Positions 48,105 to 58,600 of a stretch of 64,000 bases of DNA are shown one piece after another (position 1 is the stretch's first letter; each line of letters starts with the position of its first letter). The position numbers and the translations under genes were made by a program. Source of the DNA: Alphaproteobacteria bacterium (GTDB lineage: Bacteria > Pseudomonadota > Alphaproteobacteria > G965222575); assembly GCA_965222575.1 (NCBI GenBank), contig OZ244958.1:992001-1056000 (forward strand), given 5' to 3'. The notes beneath the pieces are model-generated. The model searched no databases. It was not told the DNA's origin and saw only the letters and a program-made list of their open reading frames with translations.

Positions 48105-48772
48105 AGGAAAGCGCCTACTGCGCCTGCTACGGCTAGTAGCAAGAAGATGACAATACCGACTAGGAGTCTTTTATTGGACTGTGCGGGTACGGGTTCAATG
48201 CTAGGGGATATGGAGGGAAAGAGGGCTACTGATACCTGGTCATAAGAGAGATTTTCAACACTGTTGGCGACGAGCAGTTTGATTTGCGGAATGTAGGATT
48301 CTAGTTCTATTACGGGTTGGTGTTTTATGAAAATAGCTGCTGAAGAAGGTTTGATAGTGGTTTCTATCTGAGAGGTATTTTCTGGTAAGACGAGGTGTAC
48401 CCGGGCGCTTAAGACTCCGTCGATGTGTGAGATGGTGGCGGATAATTCTTGAGAAAGTCCGTAAAGGAAGCGCACTTTTTCTTCCATAGGAGAGGAGATT
48501 AATCCTTCTTTGGGGAAGAGGTCTCCTATGTTGGCGAACTGGGAGCGAGGATAGCCTTGGAGGCGCAGAATATCAATGGCTGAGGAGACAAAGTTGCTGT
48601 CCACTGATAGGGCGGCTAAGTTGTCTTTCAGAGAGGTTTTTGTACTTTTAATGCCGGCTTTTTGTAGAATAGACCACATATCATTGATTTCTCCTTCGGG
48701 TAGAGAGGAAAAGAGCTGAGTCTGGCAACCCCAAAGGAAAAGCAAGAAAAAAAGTCCAATGAATACTCGCAT
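48068..48772 (-). CDS. sctJ: Type III secretion inner-membrane ring lipoprotein SctJ
   Basis: Lipobox LWGC; LFPKEGLISSPMEE and IDGVLSARVHLVLP; C-terminal TM followed by KKKK. Confidence 0.93.
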   Translation of the reverse strand: MRVFIGLFFLLFLWGCQTQLFSSLPEGEINDMWSILQKAGIKSTKTSLKDNLAALSVDSNFVSSAIDILRLQGYPRSQFANIGDLFPKEGLISSPMEEKVRFLYGLSQELSATISHIDGVLSARVHLVLPENTSQIETTIKPSSAAIFIKHQPVIELESYIPQIKLLVANSVENLSYDQVSVALFPSISPSIEPVPAQSNKRLLVGIVIFLLLAVAGAVGAFLWWKKKKQTATS

Positions 48773-48925
48773 GACATAGGGGTAAGAGTAAGTTCGAAAA
48801 GGGCTTTTTATATTGGCTCTTTTCTTCTAAAAATTCCGTTAAATCTTGAAAGAGAAAAAGGGATAGCTTTTTATTGGGATAAAAAGTATAAAAGGGATAC
48901 AAGAAGCGTTCCCTTATGTTGATGG

Positions 48926-50626
48926 ATGAAGAGTTTGTATAGGTTTTTTCTCAAGTTGTGGCGTGGGGTCTTAGCCTTTTTTTATCGTGTGGCTGTGACA
49001 ATTGTAGCCTTTCTCTTGATTGTGGTTTTTTTGGTAATTGTTGTGAAGGTGTGGGATAGGGGAGAAGGGTATGAGGCGCCTGATTTTTCGTTGAAGAATA
49101 GCCGGACAGTTGTGTTGGATATGGCGAGCATGCTCTCTCCACCTTGGTATAGAGCTGTTGTTGAGGGGGAACAATTTCTTTTAGGGGAAGGGATTTTTTA
49201 TACATTAAGAGAGCTTGAGGACCTTCCTTTTATTACAACAGTGATTTTGGATTTTTCTCGTTTTCCTCTCTCTTTAGTGATGGCAGAGGAGATTCGCAAT
49301 CATGTAGAGGCATTGAATCTTGCTGGGAAGACGACCATTGCGTTTTCGGAATCTTATGATATGAAAACCTTGTTAGCATCTAGTACTTGCCAGCAGCGTC
49401 TGATTTCTCCTATGAGTTTTAGTAGCTTATTGCGTGGGACTGTACTGAGTGTGTCTTACAATAGGGGATTGATGGATAAGTTGCGCATACGCCCTTATGT
49501 GTTTTCTACGGACCCTTATAAAACGGCTGCTAATACTGTGGAATACAAAACGATGCCGGAGGCTGATAGGGAGGTTTTCACCAGTATAGTGAAAGACCTC
49601 AATAGTTCTATTTTTGCCTCTCTTGAAGGTTCTATGGACTTTCCTGCGAAAACATTGCGTACCCTGTTAAGTACTCAGAAGCCCTTTTACTCAGGGGAAG
49701 AGCTTTTACAACAAGGGCTTGTTACAAAGGTACAGTCTTTTGAAGACCTTGAAAAGGAAATGGGGAAGGTGTCAATTATTGGCTCTTATGAAGAGTTTAG
49801 GCAGGAGTCGGAAAAGTTTATGGAAACGTTTGCTTATACGCAAATAGGGGAGCTTTATCTACAGGGGGGGATTGGAGATCGTGAGGCGGATATTTTTATT
49901 GAAGAGCTGAAGAGTGCTGAGAATAATGCTTCTATTAGGGGGATGTTGGTGTACCTTAATAGTCCGGGTGGAGGGTTTGAGTCTTCTCGCAGGATTTATG
50001 AAGCGGTGAGGAAGGCAAAGAAGCCAATTGTGGTACTGTTAAGAGACATGGGGACATCTGGAGGGTATTATGCTGTTGCGGCGGCAGATAAAATTGTAGC
50101 CTATTCTTCTACTATTACGGGGTCTATAGGGGTTTTTATGGCTCTTCCTATGGTCAAGGAGTCTTTGGAGGTGATTGGTATTAATACCTATAATGTTTCT
50201 GAGTTTCCTGATGATAAGACGGCGCTTTTTCTTACGGAGCCTTTAAGTGAGGGGCAGCAAGGGGGTCTTGAGCAATATGTTGAGAAGCTTTATGATATTT
50301 TTATTGAGGATGTGGCAAAGGGGCGGGAGGTGACGAAGGCGGAGATAAATCAGGTAGGGCGCGGACGTGTGTGGACTGGGAGTCAAGCTTTGGAGCAACA
50401 TCTTGTGGATAGTCTAGGAGGCATAGAGGTTGCACTTACTCATTTGAAAGTCTTATGTGGCATTCCTGCTGATGAGCGGGTGAATCTTGTGAAGATTACG
50501 AAGAAGCGTAAAAGGGAAATTGCTAGTCGTTTAGGCTTACTTTTTTCAAAGTTGTTTGTGAAAACTTTTTGGTCAATAGAAGAGCAAGAGCTTTTGTATC
50601 GTTCCCCTATTATCAATATTCACTGA
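48926..50626 (+). CDS. sppA: Signal peptide peptidase SppA (67K type)
   Basis: N-terminal TM; LNSPGG, TSGGYY, TITGSIGV and GRVWTGSQA. Confidence 0.88.
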   Translation: MKSLYRFFLKLWRGVLAFFYRVAVTIVAFLLIVVFLVIVVKVWDRGEGYEAPDFSLKNSRTVVLDMASMLSPPWYRAVVEGEQFLLGEGIFYTLRELEDLPFITTVILDFSRFPLSLVMAEEIRNHVEALNLAGKTTIAFSESYDMKTLLASSTCQQRLISPMSFSSLLRGTVLSVSYNRGLMDKLRIRPYVFSTDPYKTAANTVEYKTMPEADREVFTSIVKDLNSSIFASLEGSMDFPAKTLRTLLSTQKPFYSGEELLQQGLVTKVQSFEDLEKEMGKVSIIGSYEEFRQESEKFMETFAYTQIGELYLQGGIGDREADIFIEELKSAENNASIRGMLVYLNSPGGGFESSRRIYEAVRKAKKPIVVLLRDMGTSGGYYAVAAADKIVAYSSTITGSIGVFMALPMVKESLEVIGINTYNVSEFPDDKTALFLTEPLSEGQQGGLEQYVEKLYDIFIEDVAKGREVTKAEINQVGRGRVWTGSQALEQHLVDSLGGIEVALTHLKVLCGIPADERVNLVKITKKRKREIASRLGLLFSKLFVKTFWSIEEQELLYRSPIINIH

Positions 50627-50630
50627 GGAG

Positions 50631-51329
50631 ATGCAGCATTTTCCTCCTTTGCTTAGAGGGCATTTGAAGAGACGTTACAAGAGATTTTTAGCTGATGTTC
50701 AGTTGCTAGATGGTCGTGATATCACGGCTTACTGTCCTAATACTGGTTCTTTGCAGGGGCTAGCACAAGAGGGGCGGGAGGTTGCACTTTATTATGAGCC
50801 GTCTTCTAGGAGGAAGCTTTCGTATACTTGGCTTTTATCCAGAGCTTTCCCCTCGAGAGCGTGGGTTAATATTCATACTGGTCAAACCAACGCCTTTGTG
50901 GAAGGTCTTTTGTTGCGTTATAGGACAGCTCTTAGGGGGTATCAGGAGGTAAAAAGGGAAGTGAGTGTACAGGGGGGGCGGTTAGATTTTTGTCTTTCTT
51001 CTCCCGGTAAGCCTCTTTGTTATGTAGAAGTGAAGAGTGTGTCTCTCTCCCGGCAGTTTGGGTTAGCGGAGTTTCCTGATTCTCCTACTGTGCGGGGGCA
51101 GAAGCATTTGAGGATGTTGATGGCGTTGGGAGAAGGGGCGCGTGTTGTGGTTCTGTTTTTGGTTCAACGAGGGGATTGTACGGCTTTTAGAGTAGCAAAG
51201 GACATAGACCCTGTGTATGGGGAGTTATTTCAGGAGGGGCGGCAACGTGGGGTGGAGGTGTTGGTCTATGACTGCGAGGTGAGTTTGAAGAGCATGGGGT
51301 TTAAGGGGGCTTTGGCTTTAGAGCATTAG
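50631..51329 (+). CDS. sfsA: DNA/RNA nuclease SfsA
   Basis: KRRYKRFLADV, CPNTGS, YVEVKSV and FPDSPTVRGQKHL. Confidence 0.93.
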   Translation: MQHFPPLLRGHLKRRYKRFLADVQLLDGRDITAYCPNTGSLQGLAQEGREVALYYEPSSRRKLSYTWLLSRAFPSRAWVNIHTGQTNAFVEGLLLRYRTALRGYQEVKREVSVQGGRLDFCLSSPGKPLCYVEVKSVSLSRQFGLAEFPDSPTVRGQKHLRMLMALGEGARVVVLFLVQRGDCTAFRVAKDIDPVYGELFQEGRQRGVEVLVYDCEVSLKSMGFKGALALEH

Positions 51330-52651
51330 AGGAACTCAAGAGGGGGAGCAGGGGTGAGATTATTGTGGAGGAAGCCCTCTTCCATGACTATTTTGCCAGC
51401 GACTATTGTCATGACGGGCCAGCCGGTGAGGGGGATGCCGTGGAAAGGAGACCACCCGCACTTGCTATAAAGCGGTGATTCGCCAACTTTTTGTATTTTT
51501 TTCATATCCACGAGGACAAGGTCGGCATCGAATCCGCTTGTAATCTGTCCTTTGTTTTTGATGCGAAAGAGTTCTGCTGGACGCCACGAGGTCATATGGA
51601 CAAGTTTTGGCAGGCTGATTCTGCCTTTATGCACCCAATTGAGCATCACAGGCAGTAAGGTTTGAACGCCGGGCATACCGGAGGGAGATTCTGGATAGGG
51701 GGTGTCTTTTTCTTGTTGTGTATGGGGAGCGTGGTCAGAGCCTATGACATCGAAGACTCCTATTTCTAGGGCTTTCCAGAGCGCTTCTCTGTGGTGTTTT
51801 TCTCGTAAGGGGGGATTCATCTGAGCATATGTTCCAAGACGGTCATAACAGTCGGGGGCATAGAAGGTGAGATGTTGGGGGGTGATTTCTAGGGTTATGT
51901 GCGCTTTATGCTGTTGAAGGAAGGCGACTTCTTCCTCTGAGCTGATATGGAGAATGTGAACAGATTTCCCTGTTTTTTTCGCAAGCCCTATGAGTCGTTG
52001 CGTAGCAAGAAGGGCGGTAGTCGTATCGCGCCATAAAGGATGATTGGAGACATTTTGTCCGCGCTTATCAAGTCGTTTGAGGAGGCGTTGGGTGTCTTCT
52101 GCATGAACAGCTACTGGCCTTTGGGCTTGACGCAGTACCTCTTCAATAGCGGACGCTTCATGGAAGAGTAAATCACCAGTAGAAGCCCCCATGAAGATTT
52201 TCGTACCACAGCATCCAGCAAGGTTCGAAAGACGGTGTAAGGTTTTATGATTGGAGGCTGTAGCCCCTAGGTAGAATCCGTAACAGGCTACTGATGACTT
52301 AGCAGCTAGAGACATTTTTTCCTTTAATGTTTTTTCTCCGGTAGTAGGCGGAGAGGTATTAGGCATCTCCAAAAAGGAGGTGACGCCACCGGCTACAGCG
52401 GCGTAAGACCCTGTGGTCATGTCTTCTTTATGCTCCCCTCCCGGTTGACGAAAATGGACTTGTGTGTCAATGACTCCCGGTAGGGCTAAAAGGTGTTGCC
52501 CGTTAATGTTCTTCACCCCTTCAGAGATTCCATTAGGGGAGATGATTTTCCCCTTTTCAATGGCAATATTCATCCTTTGTTGCGTAAGCTGACCATTTCG
52601 AGGTGCCACAGCGAGAATATTTTTGATAAAAATGTCTGGACAGAGAGACAT
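51326..52651 (-). CDS. pyrC: Dihydroorotase
   Basis: PGVIDTQVHFRQPG, EMPNT, VHAED, QMNPPLR and SDHAPH. Confidence 0.88.
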   Translation of the reverse strand: MSLCPDIFIKNILAVAPRNGQLTQQRMNIAIEKGKIISPNGISEGVKNINGQHLLALPGVIDTQVHFRQPGGEHKEDMTTGSYAAVAGGVTSFLEMPNTSPPTTGEKTLKEKMSLAAKSSVACYGFYLGATASNHKTLHRLSNLAGCCGTKIFMGASTGDLLFHEASAIEEVLRQAQRPVAVHAEDTQRLLKRLDKRGQNVSNHPLWRDTTTALLATQRLIGLAKKTGKSVHILHISSEEEVAFLQQHKAHITLEITPQHLTFYAPDCYDRLGTYAQMNPPLREKHHREALWKALEIGVFDVIGSDHAPHTQQEKDTPYPESPSGMPGVQTLLPVMLNWVHKGRISLPKLVHMTSWRPAELFRIKNKGQITSGFDADLVLVDMKKIQKVGESPLYSKCGWSPFHGIPLTGWPVMTIVAGKIVMEEGFLHNNLTPAPPLEFL

Positions 52652-52742
52652 TTGAAAAAGAGGGTTGTAAAATCATTAGCTTTTCCTTAGCGTATCATAA
52701 GATATAAGGGGGAGGGACATCTTTTACTGAAAATTCTTGCTC

Positions 52743-55214
52743 ATGAAAATTGTTATTGTTGAATCTCCTGCTAAAGCGAAAACCATTCAAAAGTACTTAG
52801 GGACGGGCTATCGGGTTTGTGCATGTTTTGGTCATGTACGAGACTTGCCCTCTAAAGAGGGGTCTGTCTTGCCTGATAAAGACTTTCATATGATTTATGA
52901 GCTTTCTTCTCATCATAGGAAATACCTGAAGGAGATTACTAAGGTTGCGCAGTCTGCTAGTGCTTTATATCTTGCAACTGACCCTGATAGGGAAGGGGAA
53001 GCCATTGCGTGGCATATGAAGGAGGTATTAGCCTCTAAGAAGGCGTTGCCTCAAAGTGTAAAGAGGATTGTTTTTTCTGAGATTACAAAATCCGCTATTG
53101 AAGCGTCACTACCACAAGCCCGTGCTATCAGTATGGATTTGGTGAATGCGCAGCAGGCCCGTCGTGCTTTAGATTATTTGGTAGGCTTTACTCTTTCACC
53201 GGTATTGTGGAAAAAAATTCCTTCTGCTCGTTCTGCCGGTAGAGTGCAATCTGTGGCGTTGAGACTGATTTATGAACGAGAGTGTGACATTCTTGCTTTT
53301 GTTCCGCAAGAATATTGGAGTATAGAAGGAAACTTTATTCAAAAGGGAAAATCCTTTGTTGCTACGCTGGTGGAGAAAGAGGAAGAGAGACTGGAAAAAT
53401 GTGCTATTTCCACTGAAGACTTGGCGGCGGCTTATGTGGAAGATATCAAGAAAAGGGATTTTTCTATTGTTCATCAGGTAGAGAAAACACTTTACCGTCA
53501 TCCTCCCCCGGCTTTTATAACCTCTACTCTCCAACAAGAGGCCTCTCAAAAGCTAGGATTATCGGTGTCTCAAGTGATGCGTCACGCACAACAGCTCTAT
53601 GAAGGGATAGGAGAGCAAGGGGGGCTAATAACCTATATGCGGACAGATAGCCCTCATATGTCCAAAGAGGCACTTCTTGCTGCGCGGGCTGTGATTGCTT
53701 CTTCTTTTGATAAGGCCTATTTGCCTGTTGCTGCTCGTAAGTTTAAGGCGTCTTCAAAGGTTGCCCAAGAAGCCCATGAAGCCATCAGGCCGACGCAGTT
53801 TTCTCTTTTGCCTTCGCAGGTACAATCGCTCTCTTCTCAACAACTTGGGCTTTATGATCTCATCTGGAAACGGGCGCTAGCTAGTCAGATGCAATCGGCG
53901 ACTTTTAAGCAAGGGACAGTGATACTGAAGGATGCTGAAAAAAAATGGACATTCAAAGCGACGGGGTCAGAGGTCATTTTTGATGGGTTTCTGAAGCTTT
54001 ACCCGCCCTCCTCTGGTGATAAGGAAAAGAAAACAAAAGAGAAGATGCTACCATCTTTGGAAGAAGGGGCTGTGCATCAAGAGCGTATGACGTCTTTTGG
54101 GCATGTGACAACCCCGCCGCACCGATACAGAGAAGCGACTTTGGTGAAAAAATTAGAAGAGCTTGGGATAGGACGTCCTTCCACTTATGCTAGCATTATT
54201 GATATCCTGAAAAAAAGAGAATATGTTACCTTAAAAGACAGAAAATTTGTTTGCCAGCAGCGTGGGGCAGTGGTGACGATTTTTTTGAAGCATTTTTTCC
54301 CTCAATATATTACCTATATGTTCACAGCGGAATTGGAAACGAAATTAGACCATATTGCTACGGGGAATGTTTCGTGGAAAAAAGTTTTAGGAGAGTTCTG
54401 GGACCCTTTTTGCGCTCTTTCTAAAAGCGTCAATCACTCCTCTCGTGAAGATGTGATGAAAGCGATACAGTTGGAGTTGGTATCCTTTGTTTGTCCTAAA
54501 GACAATCCTCAGGAGATGCTTAAGTCTTGTCCTGCTTGTGGAAAAGGGACATTGGGGATTAAAGTTGGGAAGGGGAGATTTTTTTTGGGATGTTCTGAAT
54601 ATCCCAGCTGTACGCACACGCGAAACTTAGGAGATGAGGAGACGATGACAGAGAATAATCAAGCGTTTACAAAGGTTTTAGGGAAAAATCCCACTTCTGG
54701 GGAAGAGGTATTGGTGAAAAAAGGCCCCTTTGGTTATTACTTAGAAGAGCATGTACCAGATAAAAAGCCTAAGCGGGTTTCTCTAAAACCCCCTCTTGAC
54801 CCTCATAGGATTACTTTGGAAGAAGCTCTTAAACTCTTAGTGTTTCCGAAGCTTTTGGGGAAACATCCTGAAACAAAAGAAGAAATTTTTGTACGACTTG
54901 GTCGTTATGGGCCTTATCTTGACCACAATGGGAAATATGCTAAGTTATCTTCTGTGGAGGAGGCTATGGAGGTTGGACTTAACAGGGCTATTGTTTTGTT
55001 GAAAGAAGGGAGGAATGGGGGAAGCAAGAGGCAGGTATTGAAAGTCTTGGGGGAGCATCCGGAAGGAGGCGGTACTGTGGAGATTTTACAAGGACGTTAT
55101 GGGCCTTATGTGACCCATAAAAGAATCAATGTTTCGTTGAAGAAAACAGGGGCTACAGACCTCACTTTAGAAGAAGCTGTGGAGCTGTTAGCAGCGAAAA
55201 GCCGTACCAAGTAG
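52743..55214 (+). CDS. topA: DNA topoisomerase I
   Basis: IVESPAKAKTI, ATDPDREGEAI, SAGRVQS, ITYMRTDS and GIGRPSTY; C-terminal GRYGPY repeats. Confidence 0.96.
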   Translation: MKIVIVESPAKAKTIQKYLGTGYRVCACFGHVRDLPSKEGSVLPDKDFHMIYELSSHHRKYLKEITKVAQSASALYLATDPDREGEAIAWHMKEVLASKKALPQSVKRIVFSEITKSAIEASLPQARAISMDLVNAQQARRALDYLVGFTLSPVLWKKIPSARSAGRVQSVALRLIYERECDILAFVPQEYWSIEGNFIQKGKSFVATLVEKEEERLEKCAISTEDLAAAYVEDIKKRDFSIVHQVEKTLYRHPPPAFITSTLQQEASQKLGLSVSQVMRHAQQLYEGIGEQGGLITYMRTDSPHMSKEALLAARAVIASSFDKAYLPVAARKFKASSKVAQEAHEAIRPTQFSLLPSQVQSLSSQQLGLYDLIWKRALASQMQSATFKQGTVILKDAEKKWTFKATGSEVIFDGFLKLYPPSSGDKEKKTKEKMLPSLEEGAVHQERMTSFGHVTTPPHRYREATLVKKLEELGIGRPSTYASIIDILKKREYVTLKDRKFVCQQRGAVVTIFLKHFFPQYITYMFTAELETKLDHIATGNVSWKKVLGEFWDPFCALSKSVNHSSREDVMKAIQLELVSFVCPKDNPQEMLKSCPACGKGTLGIKVGKGRFFLGCSEYPSCTHTRNLGDEETMTENNQAFTKVLGKNPTSGEEVLVKKGPFGYYLEEHVPDKKPKRVSLKPPLDPHRITLEEALKLLVFPKLLGKHPETKEEIFVRLGRYGPYLDHNGKYAKLSSVEEAMEVGLNRAIVLLKEGRNGGSKRQVLKVLGEHPEGGGTVEILQGRYGPYVTHKRINVSLKKTGATDLTLEEAVELLAAKSRTK

Positions 55215-55221
55215 TTTCTCC

Positions 55222-57360
55222 CTAGAAAAAGGCGTAAGGGTCTATATCGATTTCTACTTTTACACTTCTGAGGAGGTGTTTTTTTTGACAGGCTGAGAGC
55301 CAAAGAGAGATGAGTTTTTGAGGGCGTATATGCTTGGGTGTTCGGATTGAGAAACGCCATCGATAGGCGCCTCTGATACGAAAGTGCACAGCGGGAGATG
55401 GTCCTAGAATGGTGACGTCTTGATTTTTTACCTGCGGAATGAGAGAGCCTATTTGGCGCACGATATGTGCGGTTTTTTCTTCATGCAGACCGCTGATGAT
55501 GAGAGAGGCTAGGGAGCCGAAAGGAGGGAGAGAATAGGTTTTTCTCAGATATTTTTCATGGGCTATGTACCCTTGTTGATTTCTTGTGCATAGATACTGA
55601 AGTAGGGGGTTATTTGGGGTATGGGTTTGGAGAAAGACTTCTCCTGGGTATTTTCGTCCTCCGCGCCCTGCTACCTGTTCAAGAATCTGCCAAGTGGCTT
55701 CTGCTGTACGAAACTCTCCGGCAAGAGAATGAAAATCCGCATCAATGACTCCCACCACAGTTAAATGAGGAAAATGGTGACCTTTGCTGATGATTTGCGT
55801 ACCAATGAGGATATCAATTTTTCCTTGTGACATGTTTTGAATCAAAGTTTCTTTTTGTCCTGCTTTGAGAATTGTGTCACTGCTGATTTTCTCAATACAG
55901 GCTTTAGGGAAGAGAGTGCGCACTGTTTCCTCTAGGCGTTCTATGCCCGGACCATAAGAGCGAAACCCTTTGCCTTTTCCGCAAGGACAGGTTTTGCTCA
56001 AAGGAAAAGTGCTATGACAGAGATGACATTTTAGTACCTTTTCTTTTAGGTGGTGGACTAAGAAAGAGGAGCACTGGTCGCACAATAAGATATCGCTGCA
56101 TGTTGTGCAAATGCGACAGTTTGCATAGCCACGGCGATTGAGATATAACAGACTCTGATGTCCTTGTTTCAAGGCTTTTTCTATGGCTTTTTTCAGAGGG
56201 TCTGAGAGGAAGGTGTGGTTGGATGTGGTACGCATATCTACCAGATTGATAGGAGGCAGGGGGCGGGGGCGTTCTTTTTCTTCTAAGGTAGTGAGTGACC
56301 AGCCTTTATGTTCTATGTTATAGAGGGTTTCCATAGAGGGGGTTGCTGATATGAGGATAACGGGACAGCTGTGTTGTTTTCCGCGCATCAAAGCCATGTC
56401 TCGTCCGTGATAGCGCAGTCCTTCGTCTTGCTTAAATGAGGTATCGTGTTCTTCGTCTATGATAAGGCCTCCGAGGGTGTGAAAGGGCAGAAACACAGCT
56501 GAGCGGGCGCCTACGACCACACAAGGAGTAGCCTGTTGGAGTGCTGTCCATATGGCTTTTTTTTCTGAAGGTTTTTGGTGGGTATGCCATAGATAGGGGT
56601 CAATGTTGAGGGTGTCTCTTAACAGTCCTCTCCAACGCGTGGTAAGAGCGATTTCTGGCAAGAGGACGAGTGCTTGTTTGCCGTGGTTGAGAATTTTTTC
56701 TATGAGGGGTGCGCCGATAGTGGATTTTCCTGTTCCGGGGGCCCCTGAGAGAACAAGGGGAGAGAAGGCAGCGTTATGGATTTTTTCGTAAGCGTGTTGC
56801 AGGAAGTTTTGCTGAGAGCGTGTGGGGTTGATGCGAAATTTTTTAGGCTTGTGAGCGGAAAGCGGGGGGGAGAGGCGTTTGAGAATGCCGGCTTTGATTA
56901 AAGGGGCTATGAGATGGCTTTTCTCTTTGAGACGATGTATGGGTATGGCTGTGTCAACGGGCAAGTGGGCAAGCAGGCGGGCACGGCTTTTCGTCATGAT
57001 AGAGGGCTTTTGTCCTTCCCATAGGATATGAGTGGGGCGTGTCTCTTTTTTGAGGGCGGAAGATAGAGCGGTTTTTAGCACTAGGCCAAGGGGAGTCATG
57101 TAGTAGTGGGAAGACCATGTGAGAAACTTTAGGTATTCTAAGGATAGAGGCGTAAAGGGGAGAATTTTTGCAATGCTTTTGATTTGTTCTTCTTTTAAGG
57201 TGGTGGGGGGCTTGTTATGAAGACTCCAAACGACTCCTATGGAGTGTTTATGGCGAATTGGCACTTCTACAAAGGTCCCAATGCATATGTCTTCTTTTGT
57301 TTTATAAGTGAGCGGCTTTTTTAAGGACTGTGGGAGTAAAACAGTGGGGTAGTGAAACAT
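55222..57360 (-). CDS. priA: Primosomal protein N' (PriA)
   Basis: GAPGTGKS, LLPEIALT, GARSA, DEEHD, NRRGY, Cys-rich region and QVAGRGGR. Confidence 0.95.
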   Translation of the reverse strand: MFHYPTVLLPQSLKKPLTYKTKEDICIGTFVEVPIRHKHSIGVVWSLHNKPPTTLKEEQIKSIAKILPFTPLSLEYLKFLTWSSHYYMTPLGLVLKTALSSALKKETRPTHILWEGQKPSIMTKSRARLLAHLPVDTAIPIHRLKEKSHLIAPLIKAGILKRLSPPLSAHKPKKFRINPTRSQQNFLQHAYEKIHNAAFSPLVLSGAPGTGKSTIGAPLIEKILNHGKQALVLLPEIALTTRWRGLLRDTLNIDPYLWHTHQKPSEKKAIWTALQQATPCVVVGARSAVFLPFHTLGGLIIDEEHDTSFKQDEGLRYHGRDMALMRGKQHSCPVILISATPSMETLYNIEHKGWSLTTLEEKERPRPLPPINLVDMRTTSNHTFLSDPLKKAIEKALKQGHQSLLYLNRRGYANCRICTTCSDILLCDQCSSFLVHHLKEKVLKCHLCHSTFPLSKTCPCGKGKGFRSYGPGIERLEETVRTLFPKACIEKISSDTILKAGQKETLIQNMSQGKIDILIGTQIISKGHHFPHLTVVGVIDADFHSLAGEFRTAEATWQILEQVAGRGGRKYPGEVFLQTHTPNNPLLQYLCTRNQQGYIAHEKYLRKTYSLPPFGSLASLIISGLHEEKTAHIVRQIGSLIPQVKNQDVTILGPSPAVHFRIRGAYRWRFSIRTPKHIRPQKLISLWLSACQKKHLLRSVKVEIDIDPYAFF

Positions 57361-57439
57361 TATTCAACTGAAATTGATTGCTCTTAGAGAAGAGAAAGGA
57401 TATGATAGCAGGTAATAAACACCTTTCTCAAAGGAATCC

Positions 57440-57988
57440 ATGGTTTTGACAGAAACGCCGCATTTGTCTCCGGGGGGAGAGGCGCCTGATTTTTCTCTTA
57501 CTGATGAGGAAGGGAAGAGGTATACCCTTTCTTCTGTACGAGGCAAGGAAGGCCTTTTGGTGATGTTTATCTGTAATCACTGTCCTTATGTGCAGGCTAT
57601 TGTGCATCGTTTGGTGGAGGAGACGAAGGTTCTTGTTACACTAGGCATTGGTAGTATTGCTTTTATGCCTAATGATGTGGAACAGTTTCCTTTGGATGCG
57701 CCTGATAAAATGAGAGTGTTTGCTAAGGAGAATGCTTTTTCTTTTCCTTATCTTTGGGATGAGACTCAGGAGATAGCCCACGCTTATGGGGCTGTGTGCA
57801 CGCCGGATTTTTTCTTATTTGATAAGGAATTGCGTTTATATTATAGAGGTCGTTTGGTGGAGGTGAGTCACCTGACTATTACGGGGGGTTCTTCAGATTT
57901 GGTGGAGGCTGCGAAAAAAATGAGGACTTTTGTTCCTCCGCCATCTTCTCCCCCTTCTTCTATGGGATGTTCTATTAAGTGGAAATAG
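57440..57988 (+). CDS. Thioredoxin-family (AhpC/TSA-like) protein
   Basis: MFICNHCPYV, AVCTPDFF and SMGCSIKWK. Confidence 0.9.
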   Translation: MVLTETPHLSPGGEAPDFSLTDEEGKRYTLSSVRGKEGLLVMFICNHCPYVQAIVHRLVEETKVLVTLGIGSIAFMPNDVEQFPLDAPDKMRVFAKENAFSFPYLWDETQEIAHAYGAVCTPDFFLFDKELRLYYRGRLVEVSHLTITGGSSDLVEAAKKMRTFVPPPSSPPSSMGCSIKWK

Positions 57989-57994
57989 GAAGAA

Positions 57995-58600
57995 ATGGCA
58001 CTGAAGTCTTTTTTACACAATCTTTCTTTAGACTCTGTACTGGGTCTTCTTAAGGTCTATAAAAGACCTCTTATCATAGGGGGCAGTATTGTTTTGGTTC
58101 TTGTTATTGGGGGGGTATTTTATCAAGAGCGTGTAAAAAAGCTTAGAGAGACTCTCACGACTCATTTATACACCTATGTGAATCACAAGGAAAGTCATGA
58201 GACGCAAGCCCTTTCTTCTCTTAGAGCTGTTATGGATTCCTCTGAAGATTTCTATCGTCACCTAGCGTTTTTGCAGGTTTTGGAAGAGGAAGAAGCCAGT
58301 CATGTTTTGGAAGAGGAGAAGCTAGAAGAAAATCTTCAAGCTATTACGATGTTATCTCGGGGATTTTTGTTATTTTCTCAGGAAAAGTATGAAGATTGTA
58401 TAGTACTGTTAGAAGCCTTTTCGCATCCTGTATATGGGCCTTTGGGGGATGTTATTAGAGCGTTGGCTTACTGGCAGGATGGACAAGTGGGGAGGGCTTC
58501 TGAGATTTTGGAGGCTCTTGAGAGCAGGGTTGAGGTAGACCAGAGTGTGAAGTCTTTGGTCAAGCAGTTTTTACCGATTTTGAGAGAGTCTTCATCATGA
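57995..58600 (+). CDS. YfgM-like membrane-anchored TPR protein
   Basis: N-terminal TM then helical repeats; conserved position before bamB-der. Confidence 0.6.
   Translation: MALKSFLHNLSLDSVLGLLKVYKRPLIIGGSIVLVLVIGGVFYQERVKKLRETLTTHLYTYVNHKESHETQALSSLRAVMDSSEDFYRHLAFLQVLEEEEASHVLEEEKLEENLQAITMLSRGFLLFSQEKYEDCIVLLEAFSHPVYGPLGDVIRALAYWQDGQVGRASEILEALESRVEVDQSVKSLVKQFLPILRESSS

Noticed and set aside
44792-48772. Flagellar (fliF/fliH/fliN/fliP/fliQ) assignment
   Set aside because: A short lipoprotein SctJ, an SctK-like gene and an SctR without the FliP leader indicate an injectisome
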